DNA of 64,000 bases. It comes from Octopus sinensis (taxonomy: Eukaryota). The stretch spans positions 76,818,001-76,882,000 of the forward strand of contig NC_043003.1 of the NCBI RefSeq assembly GCF_006345805.1. Reading direction: 5' to 3'. The notes beneath the pieces were generated by a model, which was not told the DNA's origin, did not search any database, and worked only from the letters and a program-made list of their open reading frames with translations. The translations under genes and the position numbers were made by a program. Shown piece after piece: positions 1 through 13,030 of the stretch (positions are counted from its first letter, which is position 1; each line of letters opens with the position of its first letter).

Positions 1-650
1 GTCTCACTCTACTCTTTACAGTGTGAATTGTGACAGAATATTGAAATAACCATCGAAACCCAGTCTCCATTCCACCGGTTTTCAAGAACAGTTTCGGTAA
101 ATTTTTGCTTAAAAGCCGAACATAAAATTATCCGATATTACGCACCACTCGCTGTCCGGAAAGACGGTATCGTTCCCCATTATCTCGAGTACTATTCTCA
201 TCATTATCATTACAGATGCGAAGTCCTCTTTTGAATTAGATATTAACTAACTCCTTCTCCTCTCCTGTCTTTTCTGGTATTATATTCTTAACATATTTTA
301 TCCTTGCTACTTCATTCATACTATACCTTATCGATTATACGCTAGTTTTATTTTTCAAGCCCACTCACTATCCGTTGCTTAGAATTGCATACATCTGTTT
401 ATTCCCACTGAACTTGCTCGTTAATGCATTCTCCGCAAGTTTTCTTCATCGCAAATAGGCATTCAATTTCCAGTCACTGGATTTATTTCTAAAAGTAATA
501 TCTAAGCTGACCGCAGATATTACCAACTTCTGACCTTTGTAGCCGAACACTCAAAATTATATACAACTTTCACTATTCACATTAAGTTTCCTAACAAATA
601 CCCCATCTTAATATTTAGCCATCTAACATTTGTTCAAGTTTACGTTGGTA
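1..650 (-). mobile_element. Possible decayed Penelope-like element 3' part (GIY-YIG remnant plus tail)
   Basis: Minus strand reads KVVYNFECS and ECINEQ, resembling the GIY-YIG VVY..C and RIxEH motifs; many stops. Confidence 0.3.
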
Positions 651-899
651 CATCCAGTTGATACAGCAATGTGAAAGTGCTGTAATAGGTATTTAAAAGT
701 TCTAAACACACATTTTGTTGTTTTCAATCTTTATTTTTTAATTTTATTTTGAGGATTACTATCACAGATGTGGAAATATCTTATCAAATTTAACCCTGTA
801 CCTGTCATGTGTATCACGTGATTTTGAGGACATATTTCCTTGACGTTCATACATCATATATGATACACATCACTAATGTTTTTCAATGACCAAAGTAAT

Positions 900-1330
900 T
901 GGGCCTTATAAAAAGAAAGCTTTATATTACTTAGAACATATGAAACAAGGGATAATTAAAAAGAAAACAAGCACAGACGTTTAGGACAAACTTACTAAAT
1001 GTTTTGGACAGACAAAAGTTCTTTAAGCAACTGTCTTATCTCTCTTCTCTCTGCACCACGATGAGGTATTTTGGGACTTTTTGGAGTGGAGGGAATATCA
1101 TCATGAAGAAGTCTCTGCAGACCACAGCCAACTGCATGTCGTTTTTATTTCTGTTAACTTCGGCTGTCACATTATAATTGAGATGTGCCGCAGAATTGAC
1201 AGTGGGTTTATGAACGAAGTCATTGTTTATATATGACCACCACATAAATTGTAACACAAGCCTTGTGCAGGTATTGGTGCATCAACACAGTCCACCACTA
1301 TGCTTTCTCCTCGATTCTGAATAATAGCTA
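900..1330 (-). pseudogene. Possible piggyBac transposase C-terminal remnant
   Basis: Minus frames give YNLCGG (cf. YNxxMGGVD), IFPPLQKVPK and a Cys-containing tail; frameshifted, weak similarity. Confidence 0.25.
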
Positions 1331-1825
1331 CACACTTTCATACAACCTTAATCTAATCAATAGGAAAACACATATACCCATAAATCAACCAATAATTTTA
1401 AGGAACTTTTGGTGAGAAAGAGATATGTTAATTTTCCCTTTGCGTATGCCTAAGCAGATGTAAGAGGCTCTTGCACCACCAGAGATAATACTCTTCTCTC
1501 TGCATTCACGATGTGATAGAGCTTTGGGGTTTTACGATATTTATTCTCGTTGACTTTCTGTTTTCAAATCTCACTGAGGTCAGATTTGCTTTTCATTACT
1601 CCCAACGTGTATAAAACAGTACCAATCAAACAATATGATCGATGTTATCAATACACCTTTCCTTCAAATTTGCTGGCCTTTTACCTAAATAGGAAACAAT
1701 AATATTTCTTTTCTTTGCCAAATAGCTATTTTAATGTAAGTTCTTTGTTACAAAATTTTCGAAAACAACTTCGAAATTCTTTGGTCATGGAGTACACCAG
1801 AAGAAAAAATATTCTTTTCCACTCA

Positions 1826-2019
1826 AGGCACAAGGCCCGAAATTTTTGGGGAGGGGTCCAGTCGATGAGATCGACAACAATACCCAACTGGTACTTAATT
1901 TATTGACTCGAAAGGCAAAGTGGACCTCGGTGGAATTTGAACTCAAAACGTAACGGCAGACGAAATACCGCTAAGTACTTCGGCCGGCGTGCTAACGTTT
2001 CTGCCAGCTGGCCGCCTTC
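1826..2019 (-). mobile_element. SINE family A copy
   Basis: Reverse complement reads GAAGGCGGCCAGCTGGCAGAAACGTTAGCACGCCGG...GAGTTCAAATTCCACCGAGG, with Pol III A/B-box-like motifs; the same sequence recurs about 10 times in the window. Confidence 0.9.
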
Positions 2020-2251
2020 AGAAGAAGAAATATTGTTACACAAGTGAACGAATATATACAGAATGTACTGTAAAAATGTCCTAAAAACAGCCTTGTTTTT
2101 CCAACTAAAGAAATCGTAATGGACACTCAAAATCTCCGAAAGCTAACAGTCTAAGAAAAGCAAATCATTTATTACAAACGCGGTAATCCGAAACTTCCAT
2201 GGAGACACCTCGAAGACGACGGCTCTCACCAAAACACAATAAATTATTACT

Positions 2252-2301
<50 letters not shown>

Positions 2302-3005
2302 TACAACGACAACAACAACAACAGCAGCTCAATACTTTAGCAAAAAATATTAAAAGCAATAAGAGAGGTAATAAACGTCACTTTAAAGTTATTTATGGAA
2401 AATCTTTATCAGAAATACAAGTTGTTGGTGTCGTAGAAAAACAAACAAATAATATTGACCATAATTTTTGCCCTAATGATGGAATTAGCGAGTATTAAAA
2501 GATTAAAGAATGCAAGTCATTGTTGACGTCGGTGAGTGTAGTATTGGGTAGTAGGTGGTAGTTTGTGGTGGTGGTGGCGGTGTAGGGTGTGATAGTAGCA
2601 GCATGTAATGATGGTGTTGGTGGTGGTTTAAGTAGTAGGAGGTGGTTATGGGTGGTGGTGGCGGTGATAGTAGTAGTAGTAGTAGTAATGTTAAAAGCAA
2701 ATAGTAGTGTAGTTAGTAGATGGTGCTTAACGTTGGTGGAGGTGGTGCTGGCATTTTAGTTGTTTTGGCGGTGGAGGTAGTGCTGATAAATGTGGGGTTG
2801 TGGCGGTGGAAGTAGCACAAATAGGAGATTAGTGATGATGTTTATAATGGTATAGGTGATAGTGTTCGTGGTTGCAATATTATTACATTGTTAGGAGTGG
2901 AGGTGGTAGTGGTAGTACTAATAGATGATTAGTGTTGGTGGTTGTATATGGTAGAAGTAGTGTTATTAAAATGTCGTTTGTTGTTGTTGTTGTTGTTGCT
3001 GTTTA
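2252..3005. repeat. (GTA)n/(ACA)n microsatellites and degenerate GTG/GTA low-complexity tract
   Basis: Direct reading. Confidence 0.95.
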
Positions 3006-3193
3006 GCCCCAGGTCAAGAGCAGGCCCATTAATATGACATTTCAGCCGTCACCCACGTCCTTTTAGCATTGTGCTTACGGCTAAATTACCTACTTTATCT
3101 CATTTTTAAGACGGCAAGGTGCAAGCTGGGGGAGATAGAGCTGCTACGATTATTAGGTGGTAGCATTGATGGATTACTGTTCTTTTCTACTCT

Positions 3194-3586
3194 AGGTACA
3201 AGTCCCGAAATTTGGGGGGAGGGCAGGGCAGGGCAGTCGATTAGGTCGACCCCAGTACGCAACTGGTACCTTATTTATCGATTCCGAAAGGATGAAAGGC
3301 AAACTCGCCATCGGCGGAATTTGAACTCGGAACGTAAAGACAGACGAAATACCTATTTCTTTACTACCCACAAGGGGCTAAACACAGAGAGGACAAACAA
3401 GGACAGATAAACGGATTAAGTCGATTATATCGACCCCAGTGCGTAACTGGTACTTATTTAATCGACCCCGAAAGGATGAAAGGCAAAGTCGACCTCGGCA
3501 GAATTTGAACACAGAACGTAACGGCAGACGAAATACGGCTACGCATTTCGCCCGGCGTGCTAACGTTTCTGCCAGCTCGCCGCCTT
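3194..3586 (-). mobile_element. SINE family A, dimeric copy
   Basis: A full head-to-tail copy (3586 to ~3350) runs straight into a second, headless monomer (~3350 to 3194). Confidence 0.9.
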
Positions 3587-3670
3587 ATTGGTGGAGTAAT
3601 GTTTGTGATAGTGGTTGAGAAAGCATTATCAGTGGCATTCATAAGGCGGTGAGATGACAGAATCGTTATC

Positions 3671-3815
3671 ACGCCGGGTAAAATGTTTAGCGGCATTTCG
3701 TCCGTCCTTGTGTTCCGCGTTCAAATTTCGCCAAGGTCGACTCTGCAATTTCATCCTTTCGCGGTCGATAAAATAAGTACCGGCTGAGGGTTGGGGTCGA
3801 CTACACCGACTTACT
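3671..3815 (+). mobile_element. SINE family A, 5'-truncated copy
   Basis: ACGCCGGGTAAAATGTTTAGCGGCATTTCGTCC...TTTCATCCTTTCGCGGTCGATAAAATAAGTACC matches the other copies. Confidence 0.85.
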
Positions 3816-4139
3816 CAGTATTTGAAACCAACATTAGCGGCATCCTTGCTGCGTAACCCCAAGTCTGATCTCATCCTCGGCAGATCAATTTCACACCGTT
3901 CTTGTTTAGCTTCAAGTTAACACTGCTCAATATTGTTCGAGCAGACCAATATGATCCGAGGTATTCGCACCGTGACCATCCTACCAGTTTTCTACGTTCA
4001 GGAAATTCAGAACCACATTATCCAAGATGACCATTTTAAGACGACTGAGAGTGATTTGAGGGAGATTTGACTACTTTTTCTATAAAATCGAGTAAGCATG
4101 TAGAGACAATCCGTGTTGTGAATTTGTGGGCAGTTTTAG

Positions 4140-4239
4140 TGATGGCCACGTGTGTGGAGGGGAATGAGGAGATTATGGTAGTGATATTAGTTGTGGCATT
4201 GATGGTGGTGGCAATTTTAGAGGTGGTAGTGCTATTAAT

Positions 4240-4336
<97 letters not shown>

Positions 4337-4960
4337 CAGCAGTAGTAGTAGTAGTACTAGTAGTAGTAGTAGTGTTGATGGAGCAGTATTATTGATGTAC
4401 TGTTGTTGTTGCTATTGATGTTGTTGTTGGTGATGGTGATGGTAGTGGTGAAGTGGTGATGCAGAGTTGTTGATGTAGTGATGCTTGCGATAGTAGTGGT
4501 GGCAGTAATAGTGTTGGCAGTAATAGTGTTGTTGCTGGTACAGTTTTGGTAGTAGCAATGTTGGCAGAGTAGTGCTGATGGTGGTGGTGGTGGTGGTGGT
4601 GGTGGTGGTTGGTTGCCGGTTGCAGTACTAGTACTGCAGTACTGGTGCTGATGTAGCGGTTGTTGTAGTATTGCTGGTGGTAGTAAACTTAGTGGTGAAG
4701 CATTGACACTAGCGGCACAATTGCTAACGGTGGTGTTGGTGGTGTTGGCGTTTGTGGCGGTTGAGATTCGATTCTAGTTATAATGTTAGTAGTGATAGAG
4801 AACGTACCGATAGTATCAGTGGTGCTTATCCTGTTTATTGTAGTTGTGATAGAGCAGTAATAGTGTTGGCGGTAGTAGTCTTGATAAATAGTTGTGTCGG
4901 TGGTGGTAGTAGTGACGGCGGTGGTGGTGTCAGTGATTGTAGATTTAGTGGTATATAGCT
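4140..4960. repeat. (GTA)n/(GCA)n/(GTG)n compound and degenerate trinucleotide tract
   Basis: Direct reading. Confidence 0.95.
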
Positions 4961-5399
4961 CATGGTGGAAAGACTGACTTCACACAGAGCAATCTCTTTA
5001 TGCTCAATCTCGTTGGTCAGCTATTATAACCGTAATGTCCCGGAAGGGGAAAGAGAGCCAAATTAATCGGCCTCTAGCCTAATGGTCTATTTACTATTGA
5101 AATGTCATCTTTATTCACAAATATTCAACCATTCTTATCGCATTATTCATACCATTACACTGGCGAAATTATTGTTGTGGTTGGTGTTGTGTGGTTAGTG
5201 TTTGACGTTGTTGTTGTTTTTCTTGTAGTTGTTGCTTTTTGTTGCTGTTGTTGTTGTTGTTGTTGGTGGTGTTGTTTAGTGTATGTAGGATGTTTCCTTC
5301 CACTCTCTCTCTAATGTATTCATTACACAAACTTGCCTTTTCTTCTACGCCCTCGACATTTCACTTTCTTCACCAAACACACACCTACATCCACATATC

Positions 5400-5940
<541 letters not shown>

Positions 5941-6606
5941 ATATGTGGCCATACGCACATACAAACAACGCATTTATATTCACACACACACACAAACACA
6001 CTAACCAATACGCACTCCATTTCTCGTTCCTCGTTTACTATTTTCTTCCTTATTTTCACTTATTTCATTCTTTACTGACATCGTTTTATTGGCCACGTCG
6101 AGGTGTCCATGATCCAGTGAAGCAGACGATATTATAGCATATTTCTTCTAATAAATGGCCGACATTGCCAAAATCATTTCTCTCATTCTTGTTGGTGAAA
6201 ATTATATTATATTTTTGTATATAGATTTTTTATTGTTTCCAACTTTTGGCTTTAGATGTGTAGAAGTGTTTTTTGTGGGGAGCATAGGTGTGTGAGAGTC
6301 TATGCGCGTGAGTACGTGAGGTTATTTCTGTCTGAGCATTTATCTTTCTGCCTGTATATAATGGCGAACTTGTTTCGAAATGTCCCCCAGTGGAAACTAA
6401 GACTATGATTTAAGTCTTGTTTGAAGTCCTCGTTGAAGTGTTATGAAATATAGAAGTTCTGTTGTGTCTGGGGAGAGTCATTTTCTTTTTGTGCCTTATA
6501 ATGTAACACACTCACCGGTAAAATTTCCACTTTTTTCTTATTTTTATTTTCCTAAAAATTTCGTTGCGTCTTGACTCTTGAAAAGGTTTCAAGACGCAAC
6601 GAAATT

Positions 6607-7060
6607 GCAATCATCCAGTCGGGTTGATTGCCCGCGGAAGCCTGACTATCTCTAACCATCCCTCCCGATCTTCCATTAGTGTTTTTTAGGTCTTCAATTT
6701 GGCATTTAGCATGTTCTGCAAGCTGTGGTATATACGTCTTCCGAGATCTTCCGACCGCTGTGGCACCATGATTTGGTATCCACAGCAACATATTGCTCAC
6801 TAGTTCTTCGTTACTTCCCCAGCTGTTGCTGCAAACCTCAATCTGCATTCTTGGATGGCTGATGACAAAGTTGGTACATTCCCATATAACCGTTGTTTTG
6901 TTGGGTGCTCCCTCCAAGACACTTTGAGTACTACACGTAATATTCTAGTGTAGGCACCGCCCAGCATGCACCTGAGTCTCTTGGTGAGAGTCCAAGTCGG
7001 TATCAATATACAAGCACATTCTTCTCAAATTGTGCGACTGACTATCGAGATAAAAGTCTG
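6607..7060 (-). mobile_element. RTE-clade LINE 3' fragment
   Basis: Minus translation WTLTK..YTRILRVVLKVSWREHPTKQRLYGNVP..ELVSNMLLWIPNHG..GRSRKTYI matches the C-terminus of RTE-type ORFs. Confidence 0.85.
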
Positions 7061-7064
7061 GGCA

Positions 7065-7300
7065 GAAGTATGTTTTCTTCCTTTTCTCAAGAAAGGGGAT
7101 CTGGGTCTCGCAATAAACTACAGAGGAATTTCATTAACAACAGTTGCAGCGAAGGTTTACAATGCATTGCAACTCAATCGAATCCAACCACGAAGTGAAA
7201 GAGTTCTTAGGTAAAATCAAAATGGATTCAGGAAGAGCCGCTCTAAATCTTGTCAAATCCTCACAGTTAGGAGTATATTGGAAGGAGTACGAGACCATTC
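7065..7300 (+). mobile_element. RTE-clade LINE RT N-terminal fragment (inverted relative to 6607-7060)
   Basis: PFLKKGDLGLAINYRGISLTTVAAKVYNALQLNRI...NQNGFRKSRS..QILTVRSILEGVR corresponds to early RT subdomains. Confidence 0.88.
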
Positions 7301-7500
7301 CTAAAGCGTGAAAACTACTCATAAAATTTTGTCTTGCTAATGACAGCGTCTTTGTAAGATGTTTGAAGCATGACAACTGTTTCGACTGCCGTCTTTCTCC
7401 AGCAGAAAACAATTTCTCGGAAATTCTGTTTTCTATACCCTATTCCTATTTCAGCCATCGCAAAAGTCGACGAATAAGGAGAAGCACTGCAAAACAAAGA
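7300..7500 (-). pseudogene. Mariner transposase N-terminal fragment
   Basis: MAE...KTAVETVVMLQTSYKDAVISKTKFYE*FSR matches the mariner N-terminal HTH. Confidence 0.65.
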
Positions 7501-8413
7501 CGCCCCACGTGAGTGTGTATAGGTGTGTGTGTGTGTGCGCGTGCGTATGTGAGTGTGTGTGTTCTAGGATATGTTAGCTAGATTGTGAAGGGCGACATTT
7601 AAAATCCTTCATGAGAATTTCCGATACTGTTGGAACGAAGCTGGAAAGTTACGTTCGCGACCGCAAACCTTGTTTGAATGTTTGCAACGGACCGGTCCTC
7701 ACTAATATCCCTCAAATGCATGGTGGTCGTGTCGTGAAACATGGTGACCAATTGTATCCCCCACCTTTCCTACTTCTCTATCTATTTTCCGATCCTTATC
7801 TCTCTCTCTTTTTTTCTTTCTCCCCTTCTCTCCCCATTCACTACTCCAATCTCTTACTCTGAGTTTTAAATTAATATCGTCATGATTACTTTATCAAATT
7901 GAAGAGACAATGTCTTCGGCAATATATTAAGCGCTTATTAACTAACAATTGTTTCTGTAATAAATGTATACGTTTTGTTATATTTTAGAGTTGTTTGATT
8001 TATAAGTATTTTCTTTTAATATTAAAGTAGCGTCGGTTGACGTTATTGAATTAATGAGGCAGTCGAATATTACATCCTTCGACGTTTATTCAATAAACAG
8101 AATTAGGTTGTGTAGACGCGCAAACGTATATATATGAATGTGTATGTGCGAGGTGTTCGTACGCTTGCATCTTGCCCGGTCAGTATGATGAATATAGAAC
8201 TATTTGCATGTTAAGCGTGCTGTGACGTGCCGAGATGAGGTCGAGCATGACACCAAAGGAAACAATACGAGATTCTGAAATTTCTCTCTGCTAGAAGGGA
8301 TGGATAGACAATATCTATTTATTTATCAACAATATCACAAATATTTGCTTATTCACACACAAACACACACACATATGTATATGTAGTTATGTGTAAAGAA
8401 TGTCTGCGTGAAC

Positions 8414-8465
<52 letters not shown>

Positions 8466-8689
8466 ATACTTAATATTAATAGATTTATTGTCAGTAGTTG
8501 ACGCCTGCTTACTTCGAAAATCTTCCGATAGCGGTTTCTCAGAACAGTGTCTCGTAAGATTAAATTTACTTTATATATAGTTGGAATTTCTTATGGGCCG
8601 GGTTTTTAGGTCCAAGTATTAGACTTAGAGAGGGGACATTTTTGTTTAGGATGGAATATAGCGAGCAAAGGTAGTTACGGAAGTAAGCT

Positions 8690-9120
8690 TTTACATATTT
8701 GTCATTTAATGTTAACGTGGTAGAAAATGTTCTAATGAATTGGCTGGTTGTGCCCAGTACAACAGGCAGAAAATGGCAATTCCCAGTCAAATTGTTATAT
8801 TTTATAAAGTGCCTGCTTTCTTGAACGCCAGTGAAGCTGAGGAGCCTTTAATAACATTTCGTTTGGCAAATGTATAACCAAAGGCGGCTTCCTGTTTAAA
8901 ATGTTTACCCAACTTCTAGAGAAACTAGGGCGAAGCCTGAGAGTTCATGCAGACGGGATGCCAGCATTAGACAGAATTCGTTTCGCGATCATATTGACTT
9001 CATCATGGTGTGGAATTCTTTCTGTTTGGAGGCAACGCTACAATCTGAACTTGCTTCTGCAACCAATGTGTAAATTTCAGCGAAGTTCTCTCGGACTCTC
9101 AGAAATTGGATCTAAATTTG
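8690..9120 (-). mobile_element. CRE-like non-LTR retrotransposon, zinc knuckle plus RLE remnant
   Basis: Across frameshifts: RIPHHDEVNMIAKRILSNAGIPS, ELSG, YTFAKRNVIKGSSASLAFKK, KYNNLTGNCHFLPVVLGTT, in the order of the RHxxxN..AGIP..EPxG..DTxA..AxxA..KY..FxPxxxET motifs of CRE-clade RLE domains. Confidence 0.6.
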
Positions 9121-10379
9121 AGGGTCGGTAAGATCGAATGAATTCAGCATGATATCTAGAGATGACAGCGTAAACATCCGACTGAAATGCATAGAAAGTG
9201 TGGCCTAGGAAGATATGCCATCAGAGAAATGGACGTAGGTTCTGGAGTTGAACTTCCCAATAACTTCCCTGAAGAGAAATGATGGCCTGGAGCTGAGGTT
9301 CTCCACCGAGGTCCAAAAAAGATTTTGTTGTTAAAATTTATCTGCAATGAGTTGGTTATACTTCTATAGTACGCAACATTTTTCTTAATAATTATTTTTA
9401 TACAATTCCTAATGATATTTAATTATAAAAATATAATAGGATTTTTTTTTTTACATTGAAGGGCTAGGTGCCTCCACCCAAGTAAAATATGAATCAAAAG
9501 GGTCCATAGATAAAAAAAAAAGTGGTTGAGAAAAACTAGGCTAGAGATGTAAAAAGGCATCAATTTGAATAATGATAAAGTGTTACAAAAAAAAGTGAAA
9601 GAAAACAGAAAACTCGATCAATGGTGTTTTATTGGTACTAAAGTATTCTCTGCGACCTAAAAGGGCACAGGCTTTCTTTTTGATGATTGGACTAAATGCA
9701 GATTCAGATACAACTGAGCAATATTCCAAAAAGACAGTCGGATGAAATATAAATGGGTTTGGTTGATCATTCTGAGAGCCCGAAATATAGCGATTCACTA
9801 GGTTATGTAAATATTAACTGCAGCAATTAAATTGTTTAAATTATATCAAATAAAAAGTTATATGATAATTCAGCAACAGAAACAGCAGCTAAATCTCTCC
9901 CAAATTACATCCTACACTAGAGGGATACACTGGAAAAGAAAGTCATTAATAGCCAAACATACGTGATGGTCATGACTGGAATGTCTTTTATAATAGCTCT
10001 GTTCTATCAGAGATGATATCCGGTTAAGAAAAACCAACAATGTCTTTTGAATATTGTCACATTGTTATTTCCTGATAGTGTCTTGTACAACTATGTCAAG
10101 TCTCCACCAGATAATTACATCCTTTCGATCTCCTGTCTAACAATGTTTACTGTCCAGCAAATAATATTTTAATTCAATCTCTTGTCGACCAATGTTAACT
10201 GTTCATTAGAGAATGTTTTCTTTTCGATTTCTATTACAAGCAAGGTAAATGTTTATCAGGCAATTTACTTCCATTATTTCATCTAACATTTCGCTGTTCG
10301 TTTCTTTGCAGCTTCTGTACAATGTTAAATTCTGGAAGGCAGTGAGATTTGAAGGGTGAAACACGCATCAGATTTTGTG

Positions 10380-10900
10380 GGAAGGGAGAAGTGAGGAGGG
10401 AGTATGGTTGTGGTTCCTAGTATGATATTTCAGGAAAGTAGAAGCCTTTATATTTTTGTTATAAGAGTCATAGAACAGAATCAGTAAGTTTCTGGTCAGA
10501 TAACTATTGTATATTAATAAGCGATGATATAGTAATCAGTGGCTGGGACATAGTTGTGGTGTGATCACGGAAGTTAGTGTTTGTACTAGTATTTCTGTTC
10601 TACATAATTGATAAGTTGGTCCGTGTAAAGAAGCTGATCAGAGATGAGTTATCATATGGCTCAGAAAAAAACCTAGGGTTTCGGATACAGTTTTATCGAT
10701 GTTATAGAACCTGGTCACCATATGAGATTATTAAAACGTAGAATTTGTAGTGACATTGAAGATTATGGTTGTGTGATCTTCCTTGATCTTTTAAGAGATT
10801 GTAATTTGTTAACGATTTTGTTCATTGCAGTAGAGAGGAAGAGGCGATAGGTCTTCAGGCTGAGTAAAGATTAGAACGATTGAAGCAGTGTTATGTCTCT
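10380..10900 (-). mobile_element. Possible highly decayed Penelope-like RT N-terminal region
   Basis: Weak motifs (DHTTT, FYFPEI resembling FYxLPKIH); composition similar to 28540-28860. Confidence 0.2.
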
Positions 10901-11600
10901 CATTATGTGTATCTGCTTTTAAGTGTGTGTGTACGTGTGTTACTAATTTATTGACAAACAAACCCCAAATAAAACCAAATTGGCGTATTTGTGGGTAAAA
11001 TTGATCCGTCAGTACGATCTGACAGCAAAACTTTTATCTGTGATAAGAAAGACAGATGAACTCTATACACGAGCAGATTAGCTACGTTATTGTTGTTCAA
11101 CACACTACTTTAAATTACATACAGACATACATACATGATGGCTGCCCCTCGTTATCGAGTATGGCCATTGCACGGGGCTTAACTGTTATTGGTGCTGTGA
11201 TCGAATGTGAATTTTATTTGCTTTTTAAGGCTACAGCCAGCCATTCAGTTGAGACTCACAGCACCATCAACAATCATGATCAATGTTGTTATCGTGCAAT
11301 GACTGTGCAGGAAGATTTTTTTTTAAAGTGAGGAAAGGCTGTACACTGAGTCAATCCCACTCACTGAGCAACAGCAGCCATAATCCGAAAAGAAGAACAA
11401 GTCAACCGGCAAGCTTGGTGGGATTGCCGGTTTAGTCGCCGACGGCCCGACCATGCAACAGGTTGTACTGGGTTACATGTTACCAGTAGCACTTGAAAGT
11501 GACCTGACATACATACACACATGCACACATACGTACACTCATACATCACATATATAGAAATATATATACATATACATATACATATATACATATATATACT

Positions 11601-11642
<42 letters not shown>

Positions 11643-11648
11643 TATATA

Positions 11649-11819
11649 GTCGCAAGAGTGACTGTGTGGTAAGTAGCTTCCTTACCAACCACATGGTTCT
11701 GGGTTCATTCCCACGACGTGGGACCTTGGGAAAGTGTCTTCTACTATAGCCTCGGGCCGACCAAAGCCTTGTGAGTGGATTTGGTAGACGGAAACTGAAT
11801 GAAGCCCATCGTATATATG

Positions 11820-11880
<61 letters not shown>

Positions 11881-12109
11881 GTGTGTATATGTTTGTGTGT
11901 CTTTGTTTGCTCCCCCCAACATTGCTTGACAACCGATGGTGGTGTGTTTGCGTCCCCGTAACTTAGCGCTTCGGCAAAAGAGACCGATAGAATAAGTACT
12001 AGGCTTCCAAAGAATAAGTCCTGGAGTCGATTTGCTCGACTAAAGGCGGTGCTCCAGCATGGCCGCAATCAACTGACTGAAACAAGTAAAAGAGTAAAGA
12101 GTAAAGAGT
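11649..12109 (+). mobile_element. SINE family B (tRNA-derived head, internal microsatellite, AAGAGTA tail)
   Basis: Head with A-box-like TGACTGTGTGG and B-box-like GGTTCATTCCC; high similarity to 39972-40404; tail of AAAGAGTA repeats. Confidence 0.92.
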
Positions 12110-12114
12110 ATGTA

Positions 12115-12791
12115 ACCTTCGACAGGACTACTTACCTGCTAGAAAGAGCAGTTAAAACCCAAAAGACGAAAAACATAATTCATGAAGCATGCTGTTATAA
12201 CACCAGAACGAACAAAAAAATGAATTAGCTAATAAGGAACTCGAGTTTTTCTATTGATTGCCAAAAAAACTAATTTGGTATCTGTAGATCGTAAGCGAGA
12301 TCGCTAATTAAGGAATAATTATGCAGTTGCAAATACCAACCGACAACACGTGCACAAGATGGCTACATCTTTATCCATTATGGATTCGAACATAGTGCGC
12401 AAGTGTAAGCTTATAGCCAAGCAGTAAATAAATATTTCTAATTCTGAGGCTATATAGGACGCAGTTTTAAACTTATCTATTTACTGCTGCACTATATATT
12501 TACACTTGTGCACTACTTTCGAACCCATAATGAATAAAGAGGTCGCTGTCTTGCGCATGCGTTTTCTGTACGTATTTGAAACTGCATAATTATTAATTAA
12601 TTAGTGATCTCGCTTACGATCTACAGATTCCAAATTAGTTTATTTGGTACTTAATAGAGAAACTCGAGTTCGTGATTAGCTAATTAATTTTTTGTACGTT
12701 CTGGTGTTATAACAGCGTGCCTTATGAATTCATTTCTTCGTGGTTTAAGCTTTAACTTCCTTTTCTAGCATAAAGGAGTCCTATCAAAGGT
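12115..12791. mobile_element. Fold-back MITE-like element (~320-bp inverted arms, ~40-bp spacer)
   Basis: Left ACCTTCGACAGGACT...GCTGTTATAACACCAGAACG...GTAGATCGTAAGCGAGATC is mirrored by right GATCTCGCTTACGATCTAC...CGTTCTGGTGTTATAACAGC...AGTCCTATCAAAGGT. Confidence 0.85.
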
Positions 12792-12993
12792 CTCCTCTCT
12801 GTATATAAATATATTTTTAAAACTTTATAATTCACAAATATAGATATAAGTATAAATAATATATATATATAATAAATGCGAAAAACTAATTTCTTAGACC
12901 CTCTCTCTTACTATTCAATGACACTCCTACAATTCCTCATGATGGGGTGAGTGTAATAGTAGGAATAGAGACGGTGAGGTGTTGGCGAAGACT

Positions 12994-13030
<37 letters not shown>

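Noticed and set aside
170-210. Minus-strand ATGATGAG..CTCGAGA
   Set aside because: Two core substitutions; too degenerate to call.
6570-6620. Hammerhead-like TTGAAAAG..GCAAC GAAA TTGCAATC
   Set aside because: The core deviates at C3 and G8, and the apparent helix III comes from the adjacent LINE 3' end.
7560-8330. Complex unique-looking sequence as a possible exon or enhancer (includes an ATTTGCAT octamer)
   Set aside because: No recognisable protein similarity or convincing splice pair; a single 8-mer is expected by chance.
9583-9798. ORF with SVVSESAFS, resembling the hAT dimerisation motif
   Set aside because: A single short motif with no other hAT features in frame.
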